From Halorarum halobium (GTDB lineage: Archaea; Halobacteriota; Halobacteria; Halobacteriales; Haloferacaceae), in contig NZ_CP134949.1 in assembly GCF_032116555.1 (NCBI RefSeq), positions 2,852,001 to 2,916,000 of the forward strand: DNA of 64,000 bases, in the 5' to 3' direction. A model generated the notes under the pieces. It saw only the letters and a program-made list of their open reading frames with translations, was not told where the DNA came from and made no database searches. Below are positions 1 to 10,852 of the stretch, in pieces (the first letter of the stretch is position 1; each line of letters begins with the position of its first letter). Position numbers and translations under genes: made by a program.

Positions 1-549
1 CGCGGCGAGCAGGAGGACCGGGACGAGGGAGCGAGCGCTCGCGTGCTCGGAGAGTGCGGAGCCGAGCCCCTCGTGGGTCGCCGAGCCGAGACAGACGACG
101 GTCGCCATCGCCGCCTTCGCCGCCACCTCGGCGGCGACGACCAGGGGGAGCGCCCTCGCGGGGAGGCCGACGAGGCCGGCGCCCGCGGTGGCGAGCCCGA
201 GCACGATCACCGCGATCGCGACCGCGCCGCCGACGCCGACGACGGTGTCCCGCATGACCTCGCGCCGCTCCGCGGTGGGGCCGTGGACGACCGCCGCGTC
301 GCCGAGGTCGGCGACGCCGTCGAAGTGATTGATGCCGGTGACGACCGCGACGCCGACGACGAACAGGAGCGCCGCCGTCGCCGGCGGCACGGGGAGGAGC
401 AGCGGAAGCGCGACGAGCGGGCCGAGCACGTAGCCGACGAACGGGAAGGCGCTGGGCGTCCGCGCGAACGCCGCCCAGGCCTCGTCGTCGTGGCCGACGG
501 GGAGCCGGGAGAGGAAGCCGAGCGCGCCCCGGAGCGCGGTCAGAACCAC
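1..549 (-). CDS. cobS: Adenosylcobinamide-GDP ribazoletransferase (cobalamin synthase); runs off the window edge
   Basis: Not in the ORF track. Manual translation from GTG at 549: MVLTALRGALGFLSRLPVG...TGINHFDGVADLGDA, the CobS HxDGxADxxD motif. Overlaps the cbiB stop. Confidence 0.9.
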   Translation of the reverse strand, partial: MVLTALRGALGFLSRLPVGHDDEAWAAFARTPSAFPFVGYVLGPLVALPLLLPVPPATAALLFVVGVAVVTGINHFDGVADLGDAAVVHGPTAERREVMRDTVVGVGGAVAIAVIVLGLATAGAGLVGLPARALPLVVAAEVAAKAAMATVVCLGSATHEGLGSALSEHASARSLVPVLLLAA

Positions 550-1442
550 GCGCCCACCCCGGCAAGGATGAACGAGCACAGACCGGCGAGGCCGACGACC
601 CGGATCCCGCGCCGTGCCCGCGCGGCCGTCGGCAACTCGGCAGCCGGGTGTAGCACGTAGACGCCGGGCTTCTCCAGTCGCACGTCGAGGAGCGTCGCGA
701 GCGTCGCCATCGGCCACCCCGAGTTGGGCGAGGGCGGGTCGGCCCGCCAGGCGCGCGCGCGAAGGAGGGCACCCGGACGCCGGCCCGCGAGCGCGACGAG
801 CACCGCGCCGAGCCTCGCCGGAACCCACATGACGACGTCGTCGAGGCGGGCGCTCGCCCAGCCGACCGGCTTCGACCGGTAGCCCAGCATCGAGTCGAGC
901 GTGTTCACCGCCTTCACCCAGACTGCGGCGGCGACCGCGACCGGGAGCGAGAGCTGTGCGCCGAGCGCGAACGCGAACAGCGGCGCGACGAGGCCGTCGA
1001 CGAGGTTCTCCGCGGCGCTCTCGACGGCCGCGCTCCTGAGCTGGCCGGCCGAGAGCGCCGCGGCGTCCCGCCCGACGAGCGCGCGGACGGCCTCGCGGGC
1101 ACCATCGAGGTCCCCCTCGGTGTCGTCGATCACGTCCACAGCCACCGCGTACAGCATTCGGAGGCTCGTCGCTCCGAACAGCGCGAGCGCGGCGAGCGCC
1201 GCCGCGAACGCGGGGCCGGCGAGCGAAGCGAGCCGGACCGCGCCGCCCGCGACCGCTGCCGCCCCGAGCGGGAGGAACAGCGTCAGGAGCGCGCCGACGA
1301 GTTTCGGTCTCGACCAGCGCCGGTCGAACGGCTCGACCAGCCGGCCGAACAGCGCGACCGGGTGGACGCGGGCCGGGAACTCCGCGAACAGCACGTCGAG
1401 CGCCAGCGCGAGGCCGACCGTCGACGCGGCAGTCAGCCCCAC
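540..1442 (-). CDS. cbiB: Adenosylcobinamide-phosphate synthase CbiB/CobD
   Basis: HPVALFG, ALVGRD, AVESAAENLVDG, VNTLDSMLGY and SPNSGWPMA motifs; cob gene context. Confidence 0.95.
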   Translation of the reverse strand: MGLTAASTVGLALALDVLFAEFPARVHPVALFGRLVEPFDRRWSRPKLVGALLTLFLPLGAAAVAGGAVRLASLAGPAFAAALAALALFGATSLRMLYAVAVDVIDDTEGDLDGAREAVRALVGRDAAALSAGQLRSAAVESAAENLVDGLVAPLFAFALGAQLSLPVAVAAAVWVKAVNTLDSMLGYRSKPVGWASARLDDVVMWVPARLGAVLVALAGRRPGALLRARAWRADPPSPNSGWPMATLATLLDVRLEKPGVYVLHPAAELPTAARARRGIRVVGLAGLCSFILAGVGAWF

Positions 1443-1458
1443 GGTCCCTCCGCGCCCC

Positions 1459-2466
1459 TCATGGCTCGACCGCGGGCGCGTCCGCGAGCAGTCGGTCGTA
1501 CACGGTGACGATCCGCTCGCGGAGGACGGCCATCGGGACCCCCGATTCCGCGACCAGCGCGAGCGCGCCGCCCATCCCGACGCCCTCCTTCGCCTCGCCG
1601 GCGACGTAGGCGTCCGTCGCCGGATGCTCCAGACGATCGAATCCGGGGTCCGTGACGGTGACCTCGAGGTCGAGGTCGGCCGCGAGGTCGCGGATCGCCG
1701 CCGTCGGGTCGGCGGCGACGAACGAGGTGGTGGCGAGTTCGAGCGGCGCGTCGACGCCCGCGTGCCTGGCGAGCGCGGCGGCGGCCGCCAGTTGCGTCCC
1801 CCCGGCGAGCGTCACCGACGTCCCGGATTCCGCCGCGCCGACCGTCAGCCCGGCCACCGCGGCGAGCACCGGGTCGCCGACCTGCCGAACCGCCCCGGCG
1901 GGGTCGCCCGCCGCGTCGCCCTCGGCGAAGCCGCTCGATTCGAGCGCGTCCGCGACGACGTCGCGTTTGAGCGCGAGCGGGTTCTCCGGGAGCGACGAGG
2001 ACACGGTCGCGCGCTCGCCCAGCGCCACGAGCACCCCCATCGCGGTGGTCGTGCCGCCGGGGATCGTCTCGCCGACCGCGAGTTCCTCGTCCGGGAGGCC
2101 GCGTCCGAACTTCCGGGCCGCCTCGAACGTCCGCTTCGCGTCGGGGACCGGGTTCGGGTCCCGGATGTCCCCGCCCGGTTCGCCGCCGAACTCGACGGTC
2201 GGGGCTCCCGTCGGGCGCGCGAGGCCGGCGTCGACGGCGAGGACGTCGAAGCCCAGCAGGTCGCGCGCGGCGCGGGTGAGGACGGCGGGCGTCGGACAGC
2301 CGGAGGGGCTGACGGGCACGACCGGCGACCGGACGGGCCGTCCGTACTCGATGATCTCCAGGTCCGCGCTCGGCGTGTGTGCCATCAGGTCCGGGTCCGC
2401 GCCCGCGGCGCTGATTCCGTCGATCCGGGCGGTGGCGGTGCTCCCGCCGACGAGGACGACCCTCAT
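1459..2466 (-). CDS. cobT: Nicotinate-nucleotide--dimethylbenzimidazole phosphoribosyltransferase, archaeal type
   Basis: [39 protein letters not shown] and KEGVGMGG motifs; start set at ATG 2466. Confidence 0.92.
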   Translation of the reverse strand: MRVVLVGGSTATARIDGISAAGADPDLMAHTPSADLEIIEYGRPVRSPVVPVSPSGCPTPAVLTRAARDLLGFDVLAVDAGLARPTGAPTVEFGGEPGGDIRDPNPVPDAKRTFEAARKFGRGLPDEELAVGETIPGGTTTAMGVLVALGERATVSSSLPENPLALKRDVVADALESSGFAEGDAAGDPAGAVRQVGDPVLAAVAGLTVGAAESGTSVTLAGGTQLAAAAALARHAGVDAPLELATTSFVAADPTAAIRDLAADLDLEVTVTDPGFDRLEHPATDAYVAGEAKEGVGMGGALALVAESGVPMAVLRERIVTVYDRLLADAPAVEP

Positions 2467-2720
2467 CGGGCGGCTCCCCCGGTCGGGCGCGTGGTAGCGT
2501 CGGTGACGGACATGTGCGACTGACTGCGTTCGAATCGAGGGAGAGCGGACGCGGGCGTAAAGCTTGGCATGGGTCTTCGGAGCGGGTGGCTCGCCGATGC
2601 ACAGTTGTGAGGCGGCCCGGCGGCTCGGTTCGCTCACGTGGGTCGCCGCCGCGGATGGGCGACGCTGACGAGCCGTCCACAAGCGAAACCGGCAAGCGCC
2701 CCGCCGCCCCAGATCCGGCA

Positions 2721-3530
2721 ATGCTCACGTTCATCGGCCTCGGCCTGCACGACGAGCGCTCGGTCACCGTCGAGGGACGCGAGGCGCTGCGGGCGGCCGA
2801 CCGCGTGTTCGCCGAGTTCTACACGAGCCGGCTCGTCGGCGCGACGGTCGCGGACCTGGAGGCCCACCACGGCGTCGAGATCGAGGTACGGGACCGGGCG
2901 GGCGTCGAACAGTACCCGGAACCGATGCTCGAGACGGCAGAATCCGAAGACGTCGCGTTTCTCACCGCCGGCGACACGATGATCTCGACGACCCACGTCG
3001 ATCTGCGGATGCGTGCGGCCGAACGCGGGGTCGACACGCGGGTGATCCACGGCGTCACCGCCCAGTCGGCCGCCTCGTCGCTCACCGGCCTGCAGAACTA
3101 CCGCTTCGGGAAGGCCGTCACGCTCCCGTTCCCGTACGCCCACGGCGCGGACGGCGTCCCCGCGAGCGTCGTCGATGGCATCGAGGACAACCGCGAGCGG
3201 GGGCTCCACACGCTGGTGTATCTCGACATCAAGGTCGCCGGCTCCTCGCCGGCCGGCCCCGCCGAGGGCGAGCCCGACGAGTTCATGACCGCGAGCGAGG
3301 CCGCGGGGATGCTCGCGGCGGACTGGGATCCGGACGCGCTCGGCGTCGCGGTGGCGCGGGCCGGCAGTCCCGACCCCGTCGTCGCCGCCGACACGCTCGC
3401 CTCGCTTTCCGAGCGGGAGTTCGGCGGCCCGCTCCACATGCTCGTCGTTCCGGGCGAGGTCCACCACCTCGAAGCCGAGGCGGTCGGGACGCTGGCCGGC
3501 TGTCCGGACGAGATTCTCCCCGAGCGCTGA
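2721..3530 (+). CDS. dph5: Diphthine synthase
   Basis: [31 protein letters not shown] and [10 protein letters not shown] motifs. Confidence 0.96.
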   Translation: MLTFIGLGLHDERSVTVEGREALRAADRVFAEFYTSRLVGATVADLEAHHGVEIEVRDRAGVEQYPEPMLETAESEDVAFLTAGDTMISTTHVDLRMRAAERGVDTRVIHGVTAQSAASSLTGLQNYRFGKAVTLPFPYAHGADGVPASVVDGIEDNRERGLHTLVYLDIKVAGSSPAGPAEGEPDEFMTASEAAGMLAADWDPDALGVAVARAGSPDPVVAADTLASLSEREFGGPLHMLVVPGEVHHLEAEAVGTLAGCPDEILPER

Positions 3531-3551
3531 CGATCGGCCATGGAGGGCGTC

Positions 3552-3875
3552 TCAAACCGACGAGAGCCAGAGCGGCTCCACGTCGGCCGGGTCGAACGGC
3601 ATCGCGTCGATACGTGCGATCGCCGCCCGGACGCTTCCCCCCGACATGTCCTGTGGTGCGACGAACACCGGAACACCAGCATCACGGTCGGTAAAATCCT
3701 TCACGTCAGTCGAGAGAATCGCCCACCCGTCCGATTCCGCGAACTCGAGTATCGATGCGTCCGTCGCTTCCGGCCCGAGGTCCGAGACCTCACGGGAGAA
3801 CACGACCGTGTGGTCATCCCCGCGAAGCGCCGAGACGTACTCCTCCGGGACGTTCGTATCGGCGAGAATCCGCAT
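3552..3875 (-). CDS. DUF5615-type PIN-like protein (putative toxin)
   Basis: MRILADTNVP...GPEATDASILEFA...ILSTDVKDF; directly downstream of a DUF433 gene. Confidence 0.85.
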   Translation of the reverse strand: MRILADTNVPEEYVSALRGDDHTVVFSREVSDLGPEATDASILEFAESDGWAILSTDVKDFTDRDAGVPVFVAPQDMSGGSVRAAIARIDAMPFDPADVEPLWLSSV

Positions 3876-3878
3876 CAC

Positions 3879-4190
3879 TCAGTCGGCCCGTTCGGCGGTG
3901 TTCGAATCGTCCCCGCGAACGTCCTCGAGAAGCTGTCGAGTTCGTCGTTCGCCCTCACTGCGCGTTACTTCCGCCTCCTGTTCGCGGTCACGGACGCGGT
4001 CCCGGTTGTCGTAGTAGTAGGCGAGCGCCCGGAAGAGATCGCCGATCGAAAGGTCGTGTTCGCCGGCGACGACGTGCGGGTCCTCGTCGTTGTCGATGAC
4101 GCGCCGCTTGAGATCCAGCACGGTGACACGAGTCCCTTCGATGTGGGGGTCGCCCGAGCGGACCGCATCGTCGCACACGATCCCGGCCAT
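3879..4190 (-). CDS. DUF433 domain protein (putative antitoxin)
   Basis: VRSGDPHIEGTRVTV...LSIGDLFRALAYY, the DUF433 signature. Confidence 0.88.
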   Translation of the reverse strand: MAGIVCDDAVRSGDPHIEGTRVTVLDLKRRVIDNDEDPHVVAGEHDLSIGDLFRALAYYYDNRDRVRDREQEAEVTRSEGERRTRQLLEDVRGDDSNTAERAD

Positions 4191-4267
4191 GGCATGGGAT
4201 AGACCCGGAGCCGTGTTAACAGTTTGGAGCCGTCGGCTCACGAGAGTGCAAGCCCGGAACGCTGCGA

Positions 4268-5305
4268 CTACTCGGAGTCCGACCCGTCGGTCCGCATCGG
4301 CCCCCGGGCGGACTCTTCGGGCAGGTCGAGCGAGCCGTGGAGGTCGTACTCCTCGTTAGTGACGAGATACAGCACGTCCTCGATGACCGTCAGGAGTTCG
4401 GGGAGTTCGCGGACGACGAGGTAGGTGACGCCCACGAGCGCGACGACCGCGAGCACCTGGCTGATGACCCGATCCGAGAGGAAAAACGAGACCATGTACG
4501 GGTCCGAGGAGCCGAACAGGAACAGCACCTCGTCGACGAACACCTGGAGGTACTGGTTGCCGAACGTGACGCCGATGAACGTCGTGCGCACGAGGTTAAG
4601 CGACCAGATGACGGGGACGGCGATCGCCAGCCCGCGGAGCTTCCTGCCGAGCGGGGCACGCACCGCGCCGATGAGCCCGACGAAGATGGCGATGCTCCCC
4701 AGGCCGGTGCACGCGAGCACGATCTCGAACAGCAGCGTGTGCCCGCCCGCGGTGGTGAACTGGAAGGCGTTCAGGTAGCCGAGCTCGGGGCCGCGGACGA
4801 GTTCGGGGTCGTAGCCGAGCAGCCGGATGAGAACGCCGGTCTGGACGGTGACGGTCCGGATGAGGGCCGCCTTCGGGGCGGGGTAGGCCGTGCCGAACAG
4901 CGAGACGGAGGGGATCGTCTCGAACGGGAGGTACACCAGGCCCATGCCGGCGACCGCACGCGAGAGGACGAACAGCGAGTCGCGCCCCTCCCAGAGCAGT
5001 TTGGCGACGTAGAGACACGCCGGCACGGCGACGATGGCGAGTATCCCCTCGACGTAGCTCTTCTGTGCGAACGCGAAGTGTGGGAACAGCACGAGCCAGA
5101 ACAGCGCGAACATGGCCCACGCGCCGGCGACGACGCCGCGGGCGGTCCGGACGTATCCGGCGTCGAGCCGGCCCGTCCTGGCGGCCCACTCCATCCCCGC
5201 CCCGACGAGGAACGTCAGGACGACGAGCCACGCGAGCGCGTCGGTCGCGGCGTTGGGGGCCGCGAGGAGGACGTCGGTGGCGACGTCGAGGAGGGCGCTC
5301 TGCAT
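4268..5305 (-). CDS. artA: Archaeosortase A
   Basis: Multi-TM protein with the EIVLACTGLGS catalytic Cys motif and LNLVR; near dph5 and next to a PGF-CTERM gene. Confidence 0.95.
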   Translation of the reverse strand: MQSALLDVATDVLLAAPNAATDALAWLVVLTFLVGAGMEWAARTGRLDAGYVRTARGVVAGAWAMFALFWLVLFPHFAFAQKSYVEGILAIVAVPACLYVAKLLWEGRDSLFVLSRAVAGMGLVYLPFETIPSVSLFGTAYPAPKAALIRTVTVQTGVLIRLLGYDPELVRGPELGYLNAFQFTTAGGHTLLFEIVLACTGLGSIAIFVGLIGAVRAPLGRKLRGLAIAVPVIWSLNLVRTTFIGVTFGNQYLQVFVDEVLFLFGSSDPYMVSFFLSDRVISQVLAVVALVGVTYLVVRELPELLTVIEDVLYLVTNEEYDLHGSLDLPEESARGPMRTDGSDSE

Positions 5306-5394
5306 GGTCGACGCGACGTGTCGGGCTCCTAAAGCCCTTGTCTTGTTCCGTTCGGGTCAGGCGGGTACGCCGTCGCTGGTCGGGGGGTTGGGTC

Positions 5395-5443
5395 GAAAGA
5401 AAGGGTCCGCGTGAAGCGGATGAATGACCGGTAACGCCGGTCA
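5395..5443 (-). terminator. Probable terminator of the S-layer gene
   Basis: Just after the stop: inverted repeat TGACCGG/CCGGTCA, then a TCCGC/GCGGA hairpin followed by a CCCTTTCTTT pyrimidine tract on the - strand. Confidence 0.5.
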
Positions 5444-5456
5444 GTCGTGGTTCACG

Positions 5457-7688
5457 TTAGTCGCGACGGGTCGCGAGGAACGCAGCGCCGATGAGCGCGA
5501 TCAGAGCGAGCACGGCCGTGAAGCCGGGCGTCGTCGTGGTCGTCGGCGGCTCCGTCGGCGGCTCCGTACCCGGATCCTCCGTCGGCGGTTCCGTCGTCGG
5601 CGGCTCCGTCGGCGGTTCCGTCGTCGGCGGCTCCGTCGGCGGCTCCGTCGTCGGCGGTGCCGTCGTGTCGGTGTCGAGCGTCTCGACGACGTTGCCGTCG
5701 GCGGTCACGGTGTCGACGTTCGAAGCGTCAGCTTCCACGGTGAAGGTGTCACCGGTGCTCTGCTCGCTGAAGTCGAGTTCGGCACTCCACGTGCCGTCAG
5801 GCTGGACCACGGCGGTGGCCGACTTGAAGAACGCCGGCTGGACGCCGTCGTCGGACTCGGCGCGGACCTGAATCTCGCTACCGGGCGCGAGAGACGAGGT
5901 GCCGCTGACGGTCTGGTTCGTACCGACGGTGACGTTAACCGGGTCATCGTCGATCGAGACCGTCCGGCTGGCCGTGTCGAACGTGGTGTTGACCGACTGG
6001 TGGTCGTCGGAGTCGGTGCTGCCAAGCAGGAAGTCGTCCTCGACCGTGTAGGTCGCTTCGTAGGTCTCGCCGTCAGACGGCGTGACACTCTCGTTGTTCA
6101 CCGTCCGGTTCCACTGGACCTCGTCGGTCTGGAACGCGATGTAGTAGGAGTCGGAGTCCTGATCGGTGAACAGCGAGATGGATCCCTGGCTTGCGGAAAC
6201 GTTCAGGGCCTTCGGCTGGAAGTTCCCGATGTTTCCGGTCTGTTCGACCGTGAGGTCACCGCCGAATTCTTCATCGCCGGTGAAGTTCGCAGCACTGAGC
6301 TGGGCCGTACCGTTGAGACCCGTGGCGGAGACCTGCACGACGACGTAGTCGCCGAGCGCGATCTCGTCGCTCTCGGTGAGCGAGCCGCCCTCCATCCGTG
6401 CCTCGAGGTCGTCGATGCCCACAGCGTCGTCCTCGTCGTCGTCGGTGTCGAGGTCGGTGCTGGGAGCGGTCCAGATGGTGGCGCTATTCGTCGACCGTTC
6501 GCGGATGACGAGCGTCCCGACGTCGTCGGGATCGTCCATCGCGCTCACGTACTGGTTCGCGTTCGCGGCGGTCCCGAGCCGGTAGTTACCGGTCGCGAGA
6601 ACCGAGCCGAGTTCGCCCGTACCGGCCTCGTCGCGGTTGGTGACCGAGTCGTCCTCGGAGGTCGCGTACACGACCTCGTCGATGGTCGAATCGGGGTTAC
6701 CCGCCGCGTACGTGTTGATGGCGACCGTAACCTGACCGTCACCGCTGCCGTCCTCCGCGGTGAAGTTCAGCTGGTAGCCGATCGAACTGTAGTCACCGAA
6801 GGTGACCGACGCCGTGTCGGCCGCACCGGAGATGGAGACGTTGAACGTCGCAATGTCACCCTGCTCCTCTTCGATGGTGCTGGTCTCGAACGACGTCGCG
6901 CCGCCGCTGACGTCGTTCACCGTGATGTTGGCCGTGTCGGAGGCCGTCGTGTCGGTGGCATCGACGGTGAACGTGTAGTTCCCGGCGTCGATGTCGGTGA
7001 AGTTGGCGGTGTAGTCGCCGTCGTCAATGTTGCTGAGCTGGACGGCGTCGTCGTCACCGTCGGTACCGGTGTCGACGGTCATGCTCGCCGCAGCCGAGTC
7101 GTTGAAGATCTCGTGAAGTTCGTCAGCATCGAGATCCTCGGACGAGATGGTCACGTTGTAGCTACCGCGGTTGGACGAGATCGAGAGCTCCGTGGAGTTC
7201 GACGGGCCGGCGTTGCCGGCCTCATCGTCGGCGAACTCCGTGGTCAGCGACATCGGAGCAACCTCGAAGGACGCGTCGTTAGCGTCAGTCTCGTGCCCGT
7301 CGGCATCGCCGTCGGTGAACGTAATCGGGTCACCGGTCGAGTTGACGACGACGTAGGTACCGTCGAGGTCACTCGTGTCGATGACGGCCGTTCCGTTCTC
7401 GTCGAGGGTGAACTCCTCTTCGAGTCCACCAATGTTGTTCGGCGCGTCCGTGTCGACCGAACGGACCTGCCACGATTCGCTGGCGTTGTCGTCACCAGTG
7501 TCAATCAGGACCTGCTGTCCTGCCCAATACGTCGATCCCGTGTTCATCTCCGCATCGCGTGTGAGGTCGGACTGATTGCCGACCGCCGCCGCGGCGGAGC
7601 CACCGAAGGCTACCGTCATGGCGAACACGGAGAAGACCATCAGCGCTGTCAGGAACAGCGCGCGGATCTTATTGTTTGTTTCTGTCAT
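5457..7688 (-). CDS. csg: Major cell-surface (S-layer) glycoprotein with PGF-CTERM sorting signal
   Basis: Signal MTETNNKIRALFLTALMVFSVFA...SAAA, very acidic body with many N-x-S/T sequons, Thr/Pro linker, then PGF + TM + RRD. Confidence 0.9.
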   Translation of the reverse strand: MTETNNKIRALFLTALMVFSVFAMTVAFGGSAAAAVGNQSDLTRDAEMNTGSTYWAGQQVLIDTGDDNASESWQVRSVDTDAPNNIGGLEEEFTLDENGTAVIDTSDLDGTYVVVNSTGDPITFTDGDADGHETDANDASFEVAPMSLTTEFADDEAGNAGPSNSTELSISSNRGSYNVTISSEDLDADELHEIFNDSAAASMTVDTGTDGDDDAVQLSNIDDGDYTANFTDIDAGNYTFTVDATDTTASDTANITVNDVSGGATSFETSTIEEEQGDIATFNVSISGAADTASVTFGDYSSIGYQLNFTAEDGSGDGQVTVAINTYAAGNPDSTIDEVVYATSEDDSVTNRDEAGTGELGSVLATGNYRLGTAANANQYVSAMDDPDDVGTLVIRERSTNSATIWTAPSTDLDTDDDEDDAVGIDDLEARMEGGSLTESDEIALGDYVVVQVSATGLNGTAQLSAANFTGDEEFGGDLTVEQTGNIGNFQPKALNVSASQGSISLFTDQDSDSYYIAFQTDEVQWNRTVNNESVTPSDGETYEATYTVEDDFLLGSTDSDDHQSVNTTFDTASRTVSIDDDPVNVTVGTNQTVSGTSSLAPGSEIQVRAESDDGVQPAFFKSATAVVQPDGTWSAELDFSEQSTGDTFTVEADASNVDTVTADGNVVETLDTDTTAPPTTEPPTEPPTTEPPTEPPTTEPPTEDPGTEPPTEPPTTTTTPGFTAVLALIALIGAAFLATRRD
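5530..5665 (-). repeat. Tandem 12/15-bp coding repeats (PPTE/PPTTE linker)
   Basis: Repeated ggctccgtcggc / ggttccgtcgtcggc units on the + strand. Confidence 0.9.
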
Positions 7689-7824
7689 GATTGTGTCTGT
7701 CATCCGGCGACAACAGCTTTCGTCCCACCTTCACCGAAGCGCCCGCGAAGCGGACTCGGCCGGGGGTACTTTCTGCTGCCACCATGGGTAGGGGTACATC
7801 TCAACGACATGCGCTCGTTATAAA
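7689..7824 (-). promoter_or_regulatory. csg promoter (TATA box TTTATAA at 7818-7824) and ~105-nt structured 5' leader
   Basis: TATA box lies ~130 bp upstream of the ATG; leader has the complementary arms GGCAGCAG/CTGTTGTC and internal hairpins. Confidence 0.6.
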
Positions 7825-8259
7825 TGTCTTGTGGTGAGGCGAGGGGCGAGTGAACGCTTCACACACCCGATTTCGAGCGCGAGAGCGGTTCTGGGTGGGT
7901 AGCGGTACAAGTACTTTGTGTCGCGCTTCGCTCGTCGGGGACTCGCATGCGAGTGGTAACCATGGGCCAGTGGCCGGTCCGAGTCCGGTCCGTCGTCGAG
8001 AAACGACCGCATTCGAACGGACTGCGGGGAGGAGAGCCGGTCGTCGTCGCGCTCGGGGGACTCCCTGTCAGGCTTCCCGTCGTCAGTGCACTCCTTCGTG
8101 CGGGCGCGCGTGGCCGCCGGCCAAGCACGAGGAAACGACGGGCGTTCACCAGTCGGGTGCGGCGACGGGACGGGTCGCTGTCCGCACTGAACCCCCGCAC
8201 GGCCCCAACTGTCGACACCGATCCGCTGGCCGCCGCGAACCGACACGCAGCCTACTACT

Positions 8260-8417
8260 TCCTGACTCACTCTTCGCCCGGCCAGTTCCGCCGCCGTCGA
8301 ACTCGATGACGCCGACGTCCTCGAGTCAGAGAGGTTCCGATGGGCCTGCTTGTCGTCTCGATCCACCAGTTCCGCGGACTCCCGAATGCTCTCGGGATCG
8401 TGCCCAGCAAACAGCAC
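8260..8417 (-). pseudogene. Fragment of a haloarchaeal HTH protein (HVO_A0114-like, TA-associated)
   Basis: HDPESIRESAELVDRDDKQAHRNLS, then a frameshift to LEDVGVIEFD; no N-terminus. Confidence 0.55.
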
Positions 8418-8786
8418 CTGCTGACAGCTTACTCGTTTACGTCGTCCCTGTCGTCTTCCAGCGCTGTGAGTTCTGCATCGAGTTCCTCGTCAGTGCGACC
8501 GTCACCGATCTGTTTCTCAGGTTCTTCAGATGTCGCTCCCTCGTCGCGGTGGCGACCGAACATCCGGTTTACCGAGGTGAGGCTAGAGACGTATCGTCGG
8601 ACGTCCTCCCGTTCGCCGAGGACGTGGTAGTAGCCGTCGTCCGTTTTTCCGATGTAGTCAGTCAGTTGTATCAGGAAGACGTTTCGGTCAGCTCGCAGCA
8701 CTACTGAGCGGACGATTCGACCACGTCCGACCCGAGATCGGCCTCGCGAATCGGTCTACGGCATCGATCGGTCCGCCGCTTCGATG

Positions 8787-9956
<1,170 letters not shown>

Positions 9957-9958
9957 TG

Positions 9959-10852
9959 TTACGTTTGCTGGATGCTAATCGTCTCTAGCAGCGGTTTTCG
10001 GAACACGATCATCAACAGAAGCGGCGGCAGTAGCGTCAGCGTCGACCCGGCCATCACGAGCGACCACGAGAGCTGGCCGCCCTGGACGTCACCCTGGAGT
10101 AGCTGGAGCCCGACCTGGGCGACCTGATTGGCCTCCGCGTCGATGATGATCAGCGGCCAGAGGTACTGGTTCCAGGCGTACACGAACATGATGATCGAGA
10201 CCCCGACGAGGACGCCCCGCGACATCGGCAGGAGCACGAACAACATGAATCGTCCCGGCCCGACGCCGTCCATTCTGGCGGTCTCGACGATCGACGTCGG
10301 GATCGACATGAAGTGCTGGCGCAGGATGAACACCGTCGTCGCGCTGGCGACGTAGGGGACGGTGATGGCGAGGATCGTGTTGCTCCATCCGAGATCGTTC
10401 ATCAGCTGGAACAGCGGGACGAACCGAACGGGGACGGGCAACAGCAGCGTGAACAGGATGAACAGGAAGACGAGGTCCTTGTACGGGACCCGGTAGTAGA
10501 CGATCGCCATCGCCGCGAACACGGAGACGACCAGTTTCCCGACGACGACGACGAGGGCCATCACCAGCGAGTTCCACATGAATCGGCCGAACCGGTAGTC
10601 GACCAGCGCCTCCCGGTAGTTCTCGACGGCGTAGCCGCCGGGGACGAGATCGCCGAGGCCCGTGACGACGCCCGTCTCCTTCGTGCTGACGAGCACCGCG
10701 ACCACGATCGGGAACACCACGGCGAGCACGAGGACCCACAACTGGAGGTGCGTCCCGGGGGGATCGCCGCGGATCGTCCTCCTCGCCGGGTCCCCTCCCA
10801 GCGCGTCGACCTGCCGTCTCGCGTATTCGACGATGCCGATCATGTCAGGCAC
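9959..10852 (-). CDS. ugpE: Carbohydrate ABC permease (UgpE-like)
   Basis: FILRQHFMSIP..ETARMDG EAA loop and WNQYLWPL; start may be ATG 10843. Confidence 0.88.
   Translation of the reverse strand: MPDMIGIVEYARRQVDALGGDPARRTIRGDPPGTHLQLWVLVLAVVFPIVVAVLVSTKETGVVTGLGDLVPGGYAVENYREALVDYRFGRFMWNSLVMALVVVVGKLVVSVFAAMAIVYYRVPYKDLVFLFILFTLLLPVPVRFVPLFQLMNDLGWSNTILAITVPYVASATTVFILRQHFMSIPTSIVETARMDGVGPGRFMLFVLLPMSRGVLVGVSIIMFVYAWNQYLWPLIIIDAEANQVAQVGLQLLQGDVQGGQLSWSLVMAGSTLTLLPPLLLMIVFRKPLLETISIQQT

Noticed and set aside
2640..2700. CTGACGA...GAAAC resembling a hammerhead ribozyme core in the cobT-dph5 spacer
   Set aside because: Stem II has only 2 bp and no consistent stem I/III with a UH cleavage site could be built. 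No cobalamin riboswitch core was recognised either.
5530..5665. Short tandem repeats as a possible CRISPR array
   Set aside because: They are in-frame coding repeats without unique spacers; no cas genes in the window.
5424..7823. 799-aa + strand ORF and many similar long ORFs (901-2523, 10870-12465, 19833-20549, 43171-44250)
   Set aside because: Antisense or off-frame shadows of real GC-rich genes; Arg-rich with no motifs.
8429..8701. 90-aa ORF with an acidic tail
   Set aside because: Looks like a patchwork of fragments; no family recognised.
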